DNA from: Podarcis cretensis
Lineage: Eukaryota
Length of the DNA stretch: 64,000 bases
Direction: 5' to 3'
NCBI GenBank assembly: GCA_951804945.1
Contig: OX638149.1
Coordinates: 27,776,001-27,840,000, forward strand
The position numbers and the translations under genes were made by a program. Shown here piece by piece: positions 38,350 to 52,543 of this stretch (its first letter is position 1; each line of letters starts with the position of its first letter). The notes under the pieces were generated by a model, which saw nothing but the letters and a program-made list of their open reading frames with translations, was not told where the DNA came from and ran no database searches.

Positions 38350-39747
38350 TTGAATGATAACTCTGTAACTCCCATCAGTCCTTGCCAGTGTGATCACTGC
38401 TTAAGGATAATGGGAGTTGCAGTTCAACATCTGAAGGACATCACATTGGCTTAGGGCATGAGGAGAAGCTCAGACATTTCTGATTCTGTTATCAACTAGC
38501 TATCGGTTGTTGTTTTGTCCAAACTATGAACCATGATCAATTTTAACCATATTTTATCCAAATAAGGCAGGCTCGGAAAACACTGTATGATTTAGGCTAT
38601 TTGTATAAAACATGGCTTAAACTCACTGTAGTCAGCTATATAATCTCCAAATAGTGTTGCGCTGATATTCTCAGCTAAGTCGGCCAGTGGTCGAAGATAG
38701 TGGAATTTATAGTCAAAAAACATCTGGAGGGCACTGTGTTTGCTACCCCAGGTTAAGCTAATCATAGTATGGTCTGGCTTCGATGAAACAACAAAATGTG
38801 ATTCGATGGAATGGAAGGAGTCAGTCTCCATCTTGTGGTCAAACCAGAGAGTGAGGGATAAAAGAGGGGGTGATCAAAAGCACAAGGCTCATTCATGTAC
38901 CAATGAATTATTGTTTAGGCACTGAACCAGACATTTACAGGTGCCAGGGTAACCTTCGATGGCACCAACAAAAGATCTCAGCAAATATCCCCTAAAGAGT
39001 CACAACACATGAGACTGCTCTTCCTGCTCAGTTGTCCATCAAACTGAAGTTTTCCCCTTTAACATCGAGATACCAAGTCTGGACATTCCTTTTGTTCTGA
39101 GCAGAAAAAAAGTGCAAAGAGCTTCTCTCTGTGAGAGAGCTTGGAGGTAGTGGTTGATGGCTCATGTAAGTGCCTTTTTTATTGGGGAAGGGGCTGTGAG
39201 GGGATGCCTTCACCATATTGTGATCAGCTCTTTCTGCTCTTTTAGATGTAGCACACTTTTTAGATGTGGCAGCCATTTTGTGTTAGGATGTGCCCCCATG
39301 GGAGCCATTTTGTGACAGGTGCCTATGGCATTTTCTCAAAATTCAAAATGTACCCACCAGCCTGAAAAGCCCAAATTTCTCATTTCCAATCTGTGCACTG
39401 TACAATATTCTGGAGTGTGGCTGAAAGAAATTATCCATTACCATCCCCCAACACAATTATGTCACAGTTGCCTTGTCCCATTTTTTGAAACATTGATTAT
39501 TGATGTCACTGATCTAGAAAAATGACACTAAAGGTTTACCCAGTCCTGGAACGGATTTGAGAGACAGATGAGTATCAAGGTCCTGTTCTATCAGCAGCTG
39601 CAACTTGATGACCTGGACAGAGAGGCTGTGAGATCCCACAGGACAATGAGTTCCACATGATTCAAGCTATTTCACAACACTGCAATAGCACAGCCAGATG
39701 AGGGATCAAAGGAAAAGGCAGGAAGCATTAGTGGGGAGTAGTGAGAG

Positions 39748-39900
39748 AGGAAAGTTGTGGACTTTCCTTCCTTGGAGGTTTTTAAGCAGAGGTTGGATGG
39801 TCATTTGTCATGGATGCTTTCGTTGAGATTCCTGCATTGCAAGGGGTTGAGCTAGATGACCCTTATGGACCCTTCCAACTCTATAATTCTATGGTTCTGT
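39748..39900 (+). mobile_element. CR1 LINE 3' end
   Basis: ccttccttggaggtttttaagcagagg..ccttccaactctataattctatggttct. Confidence 0.85.
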
Positions 39901-40749
39901 AGAGAGGAGTAAATTAAGGATGACCAAGGAAGAGGATTCCTGTGGCCTCCATATGTGGCCTCCTAGCTGAATAGAACCTACGGAGCAAGATTTGAATGAG
40001 TTAAACGTGCCACTTATGGTTCCTTCGTGACACAAATTATATAGCTGCTCTATTAATCCACTGTACACAGAAAATCAAAGGTTGACACTCTGATATTTAG
40101 TATAAACAATATACAATTGTGGTGGGGAGGTGGGGAAATCTTATTATTGTCTCACACCTTGAGAACCACGGTGCCAGTGATTGAAAGACTTATCATTCAT
40201 AAGGACCACCTGCTTTTCCCTCTAGCAGTACCCAGATTCATGTCCTGGGAGGACATTGGGGAATGCAACTGGAAAGATTCTGTAGCTAGTGCTGCTGTTT
40301 TATATAGGCAGAAAATGCAAAACTGATATTGATCATAACTTCCGCTGTTACTGCTCATAGTGTCATTTGTGTCTTGTTCTTCTCTGGCATTTCACATTGT
40401 TTATTAACCCAGTGTCAACCTTAAATATAAATTGCCCCTTTGGAGGAGAAGTGTTGACTTGAAGAACAATAGTTTGGAGCCAGCAACCAAATTTATACCA
40501 ACCCCCCTGTGGGCTAGTATGAACAGAAGAAAGGTGTCAGTCAGTGTGCTAGTTCCTCTTTAGCTGCTTAAATTCTTAAAGATGGCCATACTAATACAAC
40601 AGGTTGCAGGCAAAAGTAGAGAGAAAAAGGAGAGGTGAATGCAGAGACTATGTAAGACATGTTACCTTTGCTTGGATGGACAGGTTAAAGCATCTCACGA
40701 GAACCATGAGAACCGCCTAAGCCAGTGTGTCTACAATATAGTGCCTTCC

Positions 40750-41140
40750 AATTTAGCAGACATCCAATGAAACGGAATGTTGGACAATTCAGTACAGTTA
40801 AAAGAAAATTTATTCACATAGCCCACAGTTAAACTATGGAACTTGCTCCCACAGGAAGCAGTAATGGCCAGCAACTTGGATGGCTTCAAAAGAGGACTGG
40901 ATCAATCCTTGGAGGATAGGTCTATCAATGGCGATGAGCCACAATGTCTGTGTACTGTCCTCACAGTCAGATGCAGAAATGCTCCTGAATACCAGTTCCT
41001 TGAAACAACAGGAGGGGAGAATGTTTTTCTGTTCAGGTCCTGTTTGCTGATTTTCTATAGGCACCTGTTTGGCGGCTGTGAGAACAGGATGCTTAACTTG
41101 ATGGGCTACTGGCCTGATTCAGCAGGCTCTTCTTATGTTT
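40750..41140 (+). mobile_element. Old CR1 LINE ORF2 C-terminus plus 3' UTR
   Basis: VKLWNLLPQEAVMASNLDGFKRGLDQSLED, then the 3' UTR ending ctcttcttatgtt. Confidence 0.82.
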
Positions 41141-41449
41141 GTGTAGGTTGCTCTACAACTAGTTTCATAGCATCCAGATGGTAATCCTCTGACCTGTGCC
41201 TCTCTATCCAACCCCCAGCACTCTCCTCTGGCCACAACTCTCTTGACTCTGCATGCCATTTACTCTGGCTTCTTCTGCTTTTGGGCTCCTAACCTTCCAC
41301 CCTGTCCCTCCCAATGGACACCAACCACCACAGATCCTGGGCCTGATTCATACACACACATTCATCCAATGCGTGTTACAGTCACAAACTCCTTTTCATC
41401 ATTTGGCCCCGAGGCCCCCAATCACATTTCAAGTGGTGTTGCTTTAAGC

Positions 41450-41584
41450 CAGGCATCCCCAACCTGCAGCCCTCCAGATGTTTTGGCCTACAACTCCCAT
41501 GATCCCTAGCTAACAGGACCAGTGGTCAGGGATGATGGGAATTGTAGTCCAAAAACCTGGAGGGCTGAAGGTTGGGGATGCCTG
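41450..41584. mobile_element. Palindromic hAT MITE (family of 2236-2371)
   Basis: TIRs caggcatccccaacct / aggttggggatgcctg; perfect TSD ctttaagc. Confidence 0.9.
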
Positions 41585-42029
41585 CTTTAAGCTCACATCA
41601 GAGCAGCAAAGGGGACCTTGACTGTCTCATTCATAGTCATAGCTTCACAAGTGCGGTTGTCGGGAGAATTAACATGACCAAACCTTGCTTAGGTTGTTGT
41701 TTTCTATGTGCAACCGGTGGATATCCTGCAAGTCTACGTGGCAGATTTGTCAATGTAATAGGTGAGTGTTATGATGCATGGCCAGACAAGTCTTAGCAAA
41801 TGCTCTAAGTGAATAAATGAGGTGAGGCAGGCTGAGCATAATTGTCAATTCTGTTTGCACTAATCGGCAACTGATTTATAAAGTGGGAAACAAAAACAAG
41901 AAGCCACCAAGGAGAGCATGAAATGGGACAGAAGAGTATATTCAAGCTTGACAACAGTGTTTTATTAAGTACCTCAGTGAAATAGCACAGAGAGGTGGTC
42001 CGGAATTTTTTGATCAGGCAAGCTCCCAT

Positions 42030-42445
42030 ATTGACTGCAGCAGTGTGCTTCATGTAAGGCTACAATTGAAAATGCTCCAGAAACTGCAGCTAGGGAAGAA
42101 TGCTTCTACAACAGTCCTGACTGGCATATCAAAGTCAATGACACTTGACTTGCAGGATCTGCACTGGCTGCTGTATGTTACCCAATTTAAGACATTGATG
42201 TTAACACAGAACCGCCTGAATTACACCGGACTTAGGTATCTGATAGAGCACCTCTTTCCATATCTCCAGGCTTTGAAGTTGGAAAAGAGGGCTCTTCATA
42301 CTGTCCCTAGATGTGAGGACACAGACTAGGCCCTTCTTGGTGATTGCACCCTGGCTGTGGAACTCCCTTTCTTTGGAGAAATTGAGGGCTGCCTCTTTGA
42401 TTAGCTCCTGTTACCAGTTTGCAATATTTCCATTCCCCCGGGCTT
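42030..42445 (+). mobile_element. Old L2-clade LINE fragment
   Basis: LQKLQLGKNA..LQDLHWL..QFKTLML and FLVIAPWLWNSL. Similar old L2 pieces at about 8350-8440(-), 21845-21965(+), 44190-44415(-) and 54540-54935(-). Confidence 0.72.
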
Positions 42446-42730
42446 ATGGTAGTTTTCAGCCACATTCACTAGGGTTGTCATATTTCAAAAAGTGAAAATC
42501 CAGACATAAAAGTTGGGCAAAGTTGTTGAGCTTTTTCAAATAACTATGGCTTACCCCATAGATTTCTGGGAGCTGTTATTCGTTAAGGGTGCTGAGAGAC
42601 CCTTAATCCCCTTACAGAGATGCAATTCCCGGACTTCCTGGGGGGGGGGGAGAGAGTATTGATTGTTAAAGTACTCTGAGATGTGTGGCTCAGAGGGGAA
42701 TGAGTTGTCCTAGCAACTTTCAGCTTCCCA

Positions 42731-42770
<40 letters not shown>

Positions 42771-42930
42771 TGTGTGGAAAGCCATGATGGTCTAAAATAG
42801 TAGCATAGTGAATTAAATCTGTGGTGTGAATGTGGCCTTAATGAGCCAACTCCAGAACAGAATATTGTGTTACTGCTGTACTATTGTGGTCAACTTCTCA
42901 ACTTGTTTTATCTGCATCTGTTTCTTGGTT

Positions 42931-43199
42931 TCATGGAATCATAGAATTGTAGAGTTGGAAGGGATCCCAAGGGTAATCTAGTCCAACCCCCTACAATGCA
43001 GAAATTTCAGCTAAAGCATCCATGACAGATGGCCATCCAACTTCTGCTTAAAAGCCTCCGTGGAAGGAGAGTCCACAACCTTCTGAAAGAGACCATTCCA
43101 CTGTTGAACAGCTCTTCCTGTCAGGAAGTTGCTCTTGATGTTTAGTCAGAATCTCCTTTCGTGTAGCTTAAAGCCATTGGTTCGAGTCCTACCCTCCAA
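42931..43199 (-). mobile_element. CR1 LINE 3' end
   Basis: tcatggaatcatagaattgtagagttggaagg tail; minus-strand translation GRTRTNGFKLHERRF. Confidence 0.87.
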
Positions 43200-43646
43200 A
43201 ACAGGTTTGTTTAGTTTAAACACTATTATTTTGACTGTTTCTAAAAATTTTAAAATATTTCTAAAAATAAGAAACTTTGTAGTGCAAGCTAAGGTCGTAC
43301 AAGACCAGAAAGAAGCTGGCCGGGTCAGGTAAGTTTGAGGCCTGCTGTTTGAGGACGGTGCTGTGAAGGTGACTGTAATAATGAGGATAGGATTAGAAAA
43401 AGGAAATACCGCCATTGGAGGGTGCGTAACGTCTTGACAAATAGAAAGTTCCATATTAATCCAAAGATTAGATCCTATCATACAACTATATCAAATATGT
43501 TTCATCACGTGGTAGAGACCAGCTAGTTGACAACAGCGAAAAAAATAAAATTGGAAGTTTCTTATCACAGATGAATGGGGTGGGGGGGACTCTGAGTTTT
43601 ATGGAAGGTCAAACTTACAAAGTGAGAGATAGGATTGTTTCCCATG

Positions 43647-43685
<39 letters not shown>

Positions 43686-46600
43686 TGAGTGTGTTATATT
43701 GGGTAGAGGTTGTTGAGTACCAAGTGCACACACAGTGCGTAAGTGATAAACTCCCCATGTCTTTCGCAAAGGTACCGTTACCCTGCGTACTTAGAAAAAA
43801 TGCAACCGCTGACCTGTAGAATCTATTTATCTATCTTTTTGTTTGTTTTATTTAGCAACATTTAGATACTGCTTAATCAATTAATTATTATTAGTTTATT
43901 TCTTAATTACCCACCCTTCACCCCAAGGTCCCAGGGTGGGTTACAGTATTAAAGCACAATATTAAAAAACAATTTAAAGCAATTTACATATTATTAAGTA
44001 TTATATCTTTCAGCAGTTTACATAATAGTATAGCATATAAATGAAAATGCAATAGAAACAGATGTTAAAAGCTGTAGACACAATAAAATTATCGGAATAT
44101 AGATCAAATCAACAGGATTTATTATTTATTTATTTATTTATTTACTTATTTATTTATTTTTAAAAAAGAACAAATATATGAGTATAATGAAATTACACGT
44201 CTGGGCAGGCTTGCCAAAGCAAACAAGTTTTTAGTAGGTGTTGAGAAAAGTACGATGAAGTTCTTTGCCCCATATTATTAGGCAGGGAGCAATAGGTGCC
44301 ACCACACTAAAATAGTGATTGCTCACAAGTGAAGAAAGAACACTATGTGGCACTTGTAAAAGTGCTAGTTCCACAAACTGAAGTGGTTGGGCTGGCATAT
44401 ATGGGGTAAGCAATTATTTAAGATAACTGAACAGTATGTGAAGAGAAAGTGACAGAGAGGTTTTGTCTTCCTTCACGCATTATACACAGCAGGGTCGTAC
44501 TGAATGAAATATTCAGAGCAGGGAAAACCTCCTTCAGAAGTTCACAGCAAATCAGAATACATGCTGCCTCAGTAAACATCATGCTACTTGGTCTAGTTGC
44601 CAAGCAACATTTCCACCAGTCCCCTCTCTTGACTCATTGACGTTAACCCTTAAATTGCAATCTGAATGAACTCTGTTGTTGCACTTCCAACAAAATGGGT
44701 GGCATTCAACTAAGTTTTAATCAGAGTCAACCATTTGAAATTAATGGGCCTAACTCAACCATGTTCATTTATTTCAGTGAGTCTACTCTGAGTAAAACCT
44801 ACTCAGAACAGTGCCAGAGTAAATGCTTTGAGTGTAAAAGTTGATGGGTTTAAAGAGCATGGATTTGCAAGGTGGTGTTCGGAAAGCAGTATTCTAGTCC
44901 TCCTAATTAACACAAAACATTGTTTTTCATCTCAAACTTTATTGTTGCCAGCTATGGAAACATTTACCTGCTGAAACTATTCCCCATTTAATAAGCAGCT
45001 TGTTGAATATGCCTTTTTCTTGCTCCATGCAGACCTCTCTTTGCTCAGGTGTATAAAGAGGGTGTAGAATACTCTTTGTGCATTTATACCATTGCTATCA
45101 TTTCTCTTCTTTTCAGCTGTCCACTTTCCTCTTCCTAGATAATGTTTCTAAGCCCATTTTTTAAAACATATGACAGCCTTTCAGTAACTTATTCCCCAAC
45201 CCAGCAATCATGATGCACGAAGCTTTTTCCCCTCTTTGCCTTTCTCCACGCTACAAAGAAAGGGAGTAACAAAGGTTCTTCAAAGAGCAGCTTGTAGAGA
45301 CTCCCCAAGTTTGCATTTTCTCCCTACAATAACAAATGCGGTTCTTTCTCAGGTAGTGCATTAATCCCATGCCAACCAAAAATGGGTTAGCAAGCATATA
45401 AATGAGCTCAATCACCCTTCACTCAACACCATCTCAAATCTTGGAGAGGTGAGTTAAAAGGAAACAGTTTACAGTCTCAGAGGGAGCGACCAGGAGGAAG
45501 GGAGGGGGCTGGCTTTCCATCTCTCACAGTTAAAACTAAAAACTTGTAGCCAGGAATAGACTACAATGCAATACCTTCCAGAGCCTCCCTGAATGAAGGA
45601 CGGGTGGTTAGGCATTGCTACCTGTCAGTTATCAAAACTGGAAGAGATTTCTGCAGACAGTATCATACTCAAAGCTGGCAAATCGTGGAAGAATAACAGG
45701 CACTATTACCCCCATGCTGCACTATTTTAGAGCTGCAGTAGATCTTATGTGCACAGAGGGCTGGGGCAGAAATTCATTTCAGTTCATATTTAAAAGCATA
45801 TCCACCTAATTTGTGCTTTGCAAAACAACACATGACCCAAACCACAGCTTTAAATCAGAATTTCCACTTCTCCCAATTCAGCAATTCAGTTATCCAGACA
45901 AATTGTATGTCCATAAATGCATCTACTAAGGGGAAGTGTACATACAAAGACATACATTAGCGAAAATAACACCAAGATGCATTATATGAGGCCAATTTAA
46001 ATTTAAAATGCATTATATGAGGCAAAATGTTTTGCAGATAATGCATATAAACATGTGTATATTAAGAGAAATTCAATTTAAACTTCTGGTGGATTTTCAT
46101 GATGACTTGGAAAAAAGTACAAACTGACGTGGAAAGCTGGAGGACTGAACTTAGGTTGGAAAAATGAGAAAGTGAGAGACACTGAAACTCCCTCCCCCAT
46201 GCATCCCTCAGGCTTTCCTCAGTGCAGGTAACAGAGCCAGATGCTCATTCCTTGGGGAAAATGCCCTCTGCTAAGCCCCTCCACCACCAGCTGGTCCTGG
46301 GGGTGCTTGAGAGCTTTTATGGAAAATTAAAATGGTGGTATGGCAGGCCAAAAAGAAAATTCAAACATTGGCCTAGAGCAGAAAGGAGCATTGGGCTCTG
46401 CCAGGTTCAGGAGCCTTGGCAACTGCCCAAGATTCTCAGGTGTGATGCAGATTCTGAGTCCTTCTTCATGTTTGATCTCAGACCATGACCTTGAAGGAAT
46501 TTAATAGGAATGAATGATTCAATGTGTGATTTGATTCTTAGTTGAGCCATTGCAAAATTTTACAAGGATGGTGTTTCACCTAAAACCCCAAAATACTCTA

Positions 46601-48128
46601 GGGCATTGCAATGGGTGGGGAGTTGGCCCCCTTAGGAATAGTTGAGGTCCCTTTGAATTTTTATCTTTCTAGTATTCCATGAAAAAATGGGGTGGCGAGA
46701 ACAGATGCTGGTAGTGTTCTTCCCAATTGCTTACTAAAATGTAAGCTTTTCCCCATTTCTCAGCTTTCTGTCCAATGAGTGCAAGTGGAACAGTATAGAA
46801 TGTTAATGTTATGACTGCTAATTTTATTATTATCTACACACACTCATACATCCCCCTCTATTCTCCATCTAAACAAGCAAGATACATTTTCAGGGTTAAA
46901 GGAAACATTTCCCCTATGAAGAAATGTGTGGGGTGCAAAGCAGTAGTAGCAAGAGGTGCAACCTAAGGGCCAGATAGAGAGGCATTGGGGGGGGCATATT
47001 CAAACCCCAGGCCTGAGGTTTCCCTCTCCTACCTTATATAAAAAGGAGATAACCCCTTAGTGTTAAAAGGACAAAGGATACACTGAAAAACTCCTTCCAA
47101 TGTATTCCAGTTGTATTGCCTGCAAGTATCTGCAACTGCAAATTTACTTTAAGGAATTTTTAGGGAAACTGGGTATTCAGAGGAAAGAAAAAGAAATGCA
47201 AATACAACAATTTACCTGCCTGATACGAAATCACTATCATTGAATACTTAATAGCTTTCTTTGCCCACCTTACACCTGCATAAATCCCTTTAGTGCAAGC
47301 AATTGTAGGAAACACTACTCATGATATGATTTCACTTCTGAGATAAATTACTAGGTATTTAAATTTGGTCCTTTAGCTAGCAAATAAAAAAAAAAATGTA
47401 GTTATGCTTTTGAAAATAAATGTAGGAGAATCAGGAAGCTGTCAAGATCCACGGTTATCAGGGATAGGAGAAAAAGGCAGGTTCTATATTGAGGCTGTAT
47501 ATTCCTGCAAAGGGAAGACCACAAAAAGGCACAACCTTCACAATGTTGCATACCTGTCCTCTTGACAACTATTGTGTCAAAAATCAAAGTGTTGTAGGAG
47601 AAGGCAGAGGGAGTTAGCCACTGTGTCAACTGGAATAAATTGGTTTTCTTCCAGTATGAGGGTGTTATTAATTTATTTGCCTCTCCTCTTTATTTTGCCC
47701 TCTGCTTTAAAACTCCTGGGTGGTTAAGCAGTCCAAGTCTCAACATTAGCTTAGACAGCTAGCAAGGATTTTTCATAACTGCCACCATCAGGAGTTTAGG
47801 GTGCTGTGGACACCCTAAAAAGCAGATAGAAAACATGTGGAAGGTCTGCTTTAATGCTAGCATGAAAGATTAAAGAATTTGCTCCGTTTTACTCCTTCTA
47901 TTGGTTTCACACTGCTCTAAATTCTTTTCTCCTATATTTTGGTTCAACTAGGAGAATTTATCAGATTAGTTTTGGAATTAGAACATACACAGTTTGCTGA
48001 AGCTTTCAGTTCCTTCAGTTCATCTGCATCTCTTTCCCAACCACAATATCAGCAGGGGTAACAGAACACATACAAACATAGGCATCTATTCCACCTAGCT
48101 CTGATTGTCTATATTAACTGTCAGTAGC

Positions 48129-48642
48129 TGTCAGGAGTCCAGTTCCCCGCTTGATAACACAGTGAGCGTAGTTAATTAAAAAAGATACTTTATTGTCAAA
48201 ACAAACAGATAGCTCCGGACGGCTTTAAAACAGCCTCCGCCATCATCAATCAAGATAACCCTTCTGAGGACTGCTTCCGGTGTGATCAGAAGCAACTGAG
48301 CATTCACTTCATGCTTCTTTTGTTTTGCTTCCTATCTTGCAGCCCTCCCATTCATTAAGACCTCAGACTGAGTGGTCAGCTCCCTCCTCTTCCCCATTCT
48401 CTGAGAGGCTGTTGCTTAACTCTTTCCCACCTGTTTGTGCTTCCAGTGAGCTTTGCCCTCGTTCTGGCTTGCCCTCAGCCATTCCCTTATCAGCCGGCAT
48501 TCCAAGGGGAGTTGGCACTGGCTGATGCTCATCTTGCATGGCAGTTAACTCTCTCTGTTCCTGGCTGCTTTCTTCAGTTGGTAGTAACCCTTCCCTGGGA
48601 GCTGGCTGTAAACCTTCCCTGGGAGCTGGCTCATTCATGACA
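48129..48642 (-). mobile_element. Solo LTR, 514 bp
   Basis: TGTCA...TGACA; TSD gtagc at 48124-48128 and 48643-48647; minus-strand AATAAA at about 48190; internal tandem ccttccctgggagctggct x2. Confidence 0.85.
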
Positions 48643-49156
48643 GTAGCTCTTGAAGGTTTCAGAAGGAAAACATTCCTATTCCTACCTGGAGTTTTTGGGG
48701 ATTGAACCAAGAGGCTTCTGCCTGCAAAGCAGATGCTCCACCATTGGACTACAGCCCTTCACCACCCTCCTCAGTTCACAAACCCAACAAGGTTGAGCGT
48801 AGTCATTGAGCAGCACAAAGTCTTGCGGGGATTTGTGAGTGCTCAATTATAGTCAGATTTGCAAAATCCCCATGAGTTAGTATGAGCCCTCCCTGCTGGT
48901 GTCAGTCCCCTCTCCTTGCTACTCTCTCTTTGCTCAAGAATAGCAGAAAAGACTCACCAGAGGGAAGTGGGGAGAGGTGGAATTTTACGAAGTCTGAAAG
49001 TACCCAGTGAAGAATATGACTTTTCCAGCTCGGGAATCATGATTCCTTTAGCAGTCCCATGATTCCCTAGCCAGAAATGAGTCACACAACATCAGTTGTA
49101 GCCATAGAGAGGCCACTGTATTAGATGACATACTGATTTCCCTGCCAAGGTTCTGC

Positions 49157-49339
49157 TAATCTGAGCAAATGAAGCTAATTTCCAAGGAAGTCTTGGTTGC
49201 ACCCAGCCCTTTCCAACCAGTGTTAAGCAAACCCTTGCACTCCAGAGGGTAATCTGAGCAAATGAACTCCTTTCAAAGAAAGTCTTGTTTGGAGCTCAAC
49301 CTTTCTACCATTTTTAGAAAGCTTCTTGCAACCCACAGC
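49157..49339. repeat. Degenerate two-unit tandem repeat, period 93 bp
   Basis: taatctgagcaaatgaa..ttt c(c/a)a(g/a)gaagtcttg begins at both 49157 and 49250. Confidence 0.7.
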
Positions 49340-49963
49340 TTCAACACTGCTTCTGCTGCTAAAGTCATTACAAATGTTGAAGGTGAGCAGTAGTTTTCTA
49401 TTTATGAAGTCAGGGCCATAGCGTGGGGGGGACGGGGGGACAGGGAGTCAGTATCTCTGCCCCAGGTGAGCTTTCAGTGAGTCAAAAGCCAGGTAACAAG
49501 AGAACAATGGCTTGACAATCAAGCCTGCAGGGAGCCCCATAAACCCCCGGGGCTGCCATTGCAAGTCTGAACTTAAAATAGAGAAATAAAGCCACTTCAT
49601 CTCCCTTCCCTGATGGTTGTATAAAGAGAAACATAGTCCTTGTTTTGATTCTCAACTCAGCTTTTTCTTTTTTGACACTGTAACACTCCTGATTTCTGAA
49701 TGTAAAAATGTAGCTGGGCAAAAGACTAGATATTTTGTATCTAAAAGTGTGTCTTGAATGTGTATGAAACCTTCATTGTCATGTCAGATGTCTCAGAACT
49801 AATTTTGGCCCTGACGAAGGATTTGACTGTAGCCTCCTAAGTATCAAGTGATGGCTAGACATGAGGAGGGAATTCCATCCAATTTTGCACTGAAAGGTGA
49901 ACCTATCTAAATCACACTTCCCGAAAAAAATCCAAGAACCAAAGCACAACTATCCTTCAAATA

Positions 49964-50187
49964 CAGTGGTACCTCGGGTTAAGTACTTAATTCGTTCCGG
50001 AGGACCATTCTTAACCTGAAACTGTTCCTAACCTGAAGCACCACTTTAGCTAATGGGGCCTCCTGCTGCGGCTGCGCCGCCAGAGCACAATTTGTTCTCA
50101 TCCTGAAGCAAAGTTCTTAACCCAAGGTACTATTTCTGGGTTAGCGGAGTCTGTAACCTGAAGCGTTTGTAACCCAAGGTGCCACTG
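49964..50187. mobile_element. Tc1/mariner-type MITE
   Basis: TA-cagtggtacctcgggtta...taacccaaggtgccactg-TA. Confidence 0.9.
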
Positions 50188-50234
50188 TACATATTTCCCT
50201 GTATGTTGCAGTGTAGTTCTCAAGCCATGTTACA

Positions 50235-50273
<39 letters not shown>

Positions 50274-51328
50274 ACACACTAGGGTAAAGTGTGCATTGAA
50301 ATGCACATATGCCTGTGGAAATACTATACAAAAATGCATTATGTTAGGGGAAATTGTTTTGCAAAATTGCATACAAAAGCATATATATTAGGAGAAATGC
50401 TCACTAAAATGTTGATGCTTTTTCATGACTTTTTTTTTACTAATAAAAATGCAAAGTGATGTGGAAATATAGAGAAGTGGATTTAAGGTTGGCAAAATGA
50501 GAAACTGAAACTGACAGATTTGCCCATCCCTAGTCATTACTGAATTAAATTTAAGAGAATGGAAAAGATGTAAAAAGCATGATTATCTCATTGATTGTGC
50601 CCTTCCCATCAGAACCAGCTTATTCCTGCTGGTTAAAGACTTTATTAAATTTTCAGAACTATGGCTTTATAAGTATAGAGTCAGGTGGAGAAAAAAAACC
50701 TATTATATTTAATAGCAATCATTGGTACCTTGGGTTCCCTGAGCTCCACACTGAACATTTACATTTCAAAGTGTTCTTTAGTCTCTAAAAAAGGAAACAT
50801 GGCTTTTCAACTAGTATTCTTCTCCCATTTGGAAACAATCTTCCTTTCTTCATGTTGAAGATTCAATGTGGAACTTTGTCCCCAACCTGAAGAAAATATT
50901 TATATTCAAATAGCCAGCCCAGGGTTTGAATAGTTTGTTTACCTGCATTGAGAATGTCCAGGCTGCCTAAGGATTTTTAATGGGATTGTCCCTTTGATTC
51001 TAAAAATATACATCAGAACAATAATCAGGTCCCATTGGGGGCAGAATATATTATGGCAATAATTGGTTTCTGAATGATACAGCAATTTTAAGTTTGGGCA
51101 TTTTGGCACCACTTAAAACAGGCAGCAAAATGGGTTAGCTTAGCAGTGACAATGGTGCAACTTTTAGCAGCCATGGCTTCTTCTGAAGAATTCTGGGAGC
51201 TGCAGTTTGTTACAGGTGCTGGAAGTTGTTAGGAGACCCCTATTCCTCTCAGAGAGCTACCCTCCTCAAAATGGTTTAATAGTCAATCCCTCTTCACATG
51301 AAACACTGAGAATTGTACTTCTACTGGC

Positions 51329-51619
51329 GAGAGCCAGTGTGGTGCAGTGGTTAAGAGCGGTGGACTCGTAATCTGGGGAACCGGGTTCGCGTCTCCGCTC
51401 CTCCACATGCAGCTGCTGGGTGACCTTGGGCTAGTCACACTTCTTTGAAGTCTCTCAGCCCCACTCACCTCACAGAGTGTTTGTTGTGGGGGAGGGAGGG
51501 AAAGGAGAATGTTAGCCGCTTTGAGACTCCTTCGGGTAATGATAAAGCGGGATATCAAATCCAAACTCTTTTCTTCTTCTTCTTCTTCTTCTTCTTCTTC
51601 TTCTTCTTCTTCTTCTTCT
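51329..51619 (+). mobile_element. Young tRNA/CORE-type SINE (Squam3-like) with (TTC)n tail
   Basis: GAGAGCCAGTGTGGTGCAGTGGTTAAGAGC head, gctgggtgaccttgggc core, (TTC)n tail; near-identical to 63212-63465. Confidence 0.85.
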
Positions 51620-51763
51620 ATAAAGGGAATAGTGACATACTAACAATTCTCAGCATTCTTAACAAACTACAGCTCCCAGCATTCTTCAGAGGAAGTTATG
51701 ACTGCTTAAAGGGCATCAAACATATGGTATAAATGTGTCCCTAGAGTGATTACATAAAACTTG

Positions 51764-51900
51764 CATACCTTCCAACATTTCTCCAAAGAAAATAGGGACA
51801 TCCTACAGAAAAGTGGGACATTCTGAGATAAAATCAGAAACTGGTATGACTTCTCTAAATCAGGGATGTCCCTGGAAAACAGGGACACTTGGAGGGTCTG
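51764..51900. mobile_element. MITE with 6-bp target duplication
   Basis: TIRs cataccttccaa / ttggagggtctg; flanks aacttg at 51758-51763 and 51901-51906. Confidence 0.7.
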
Positions 51901-52543
51901 AACTTGATCAGACAAACAGCAAAGCTAAGAGAATGCAAACAGATGAGTCATTATCTTGATGCCTGGCTCTGCCCCCTGACCTGTACAGATTCAGTAGCCA
52001 TGTACAAATTCTACAGACAGAGACTTTTTTCTTTGTGGGGAGGGGCTGTCACTCATTCCCACTTCCCACCATCATCCCATGATAGGTGGTCTCAATGGGG
52101 CTCCTGCCCTTGGTTCTTGCTTGCTGCAGTGATACCTGATGATGTGCCATTGCTCTCAGCATGAATTGTGTAGAAAAAACATGACTGCCCCTCATGGAAC
52201 TCGTGGCAGAAGCAGGCCGGTCTCTGTTTTGCATCCTCCACAATGCCATAAACCTAGCATTGTTCTGGAGCAACATAGGAAGGAAATGGTGTCATCCACC
52301 CAAGAAATAAAAAATGGTGAGACTATTCAGGAGAAATTCTCATAAGAAGAATCTGCTGGATCAGGACAATGACCCATCTAGTTCAGGCTCCTGTTCTCAC
52401 AGTGGCCAACCAGATTCCTGTGGGAAACCAGGGAGCAGAACCTGAGCACAAGAGCCCTCTCTGCTCTTATGGATTCCAGCAACTTGCCTCTGACCATGAA
52501 GGCAGACCACAACCATCATGGCTAGTAGCCATGAATAGCCTTA

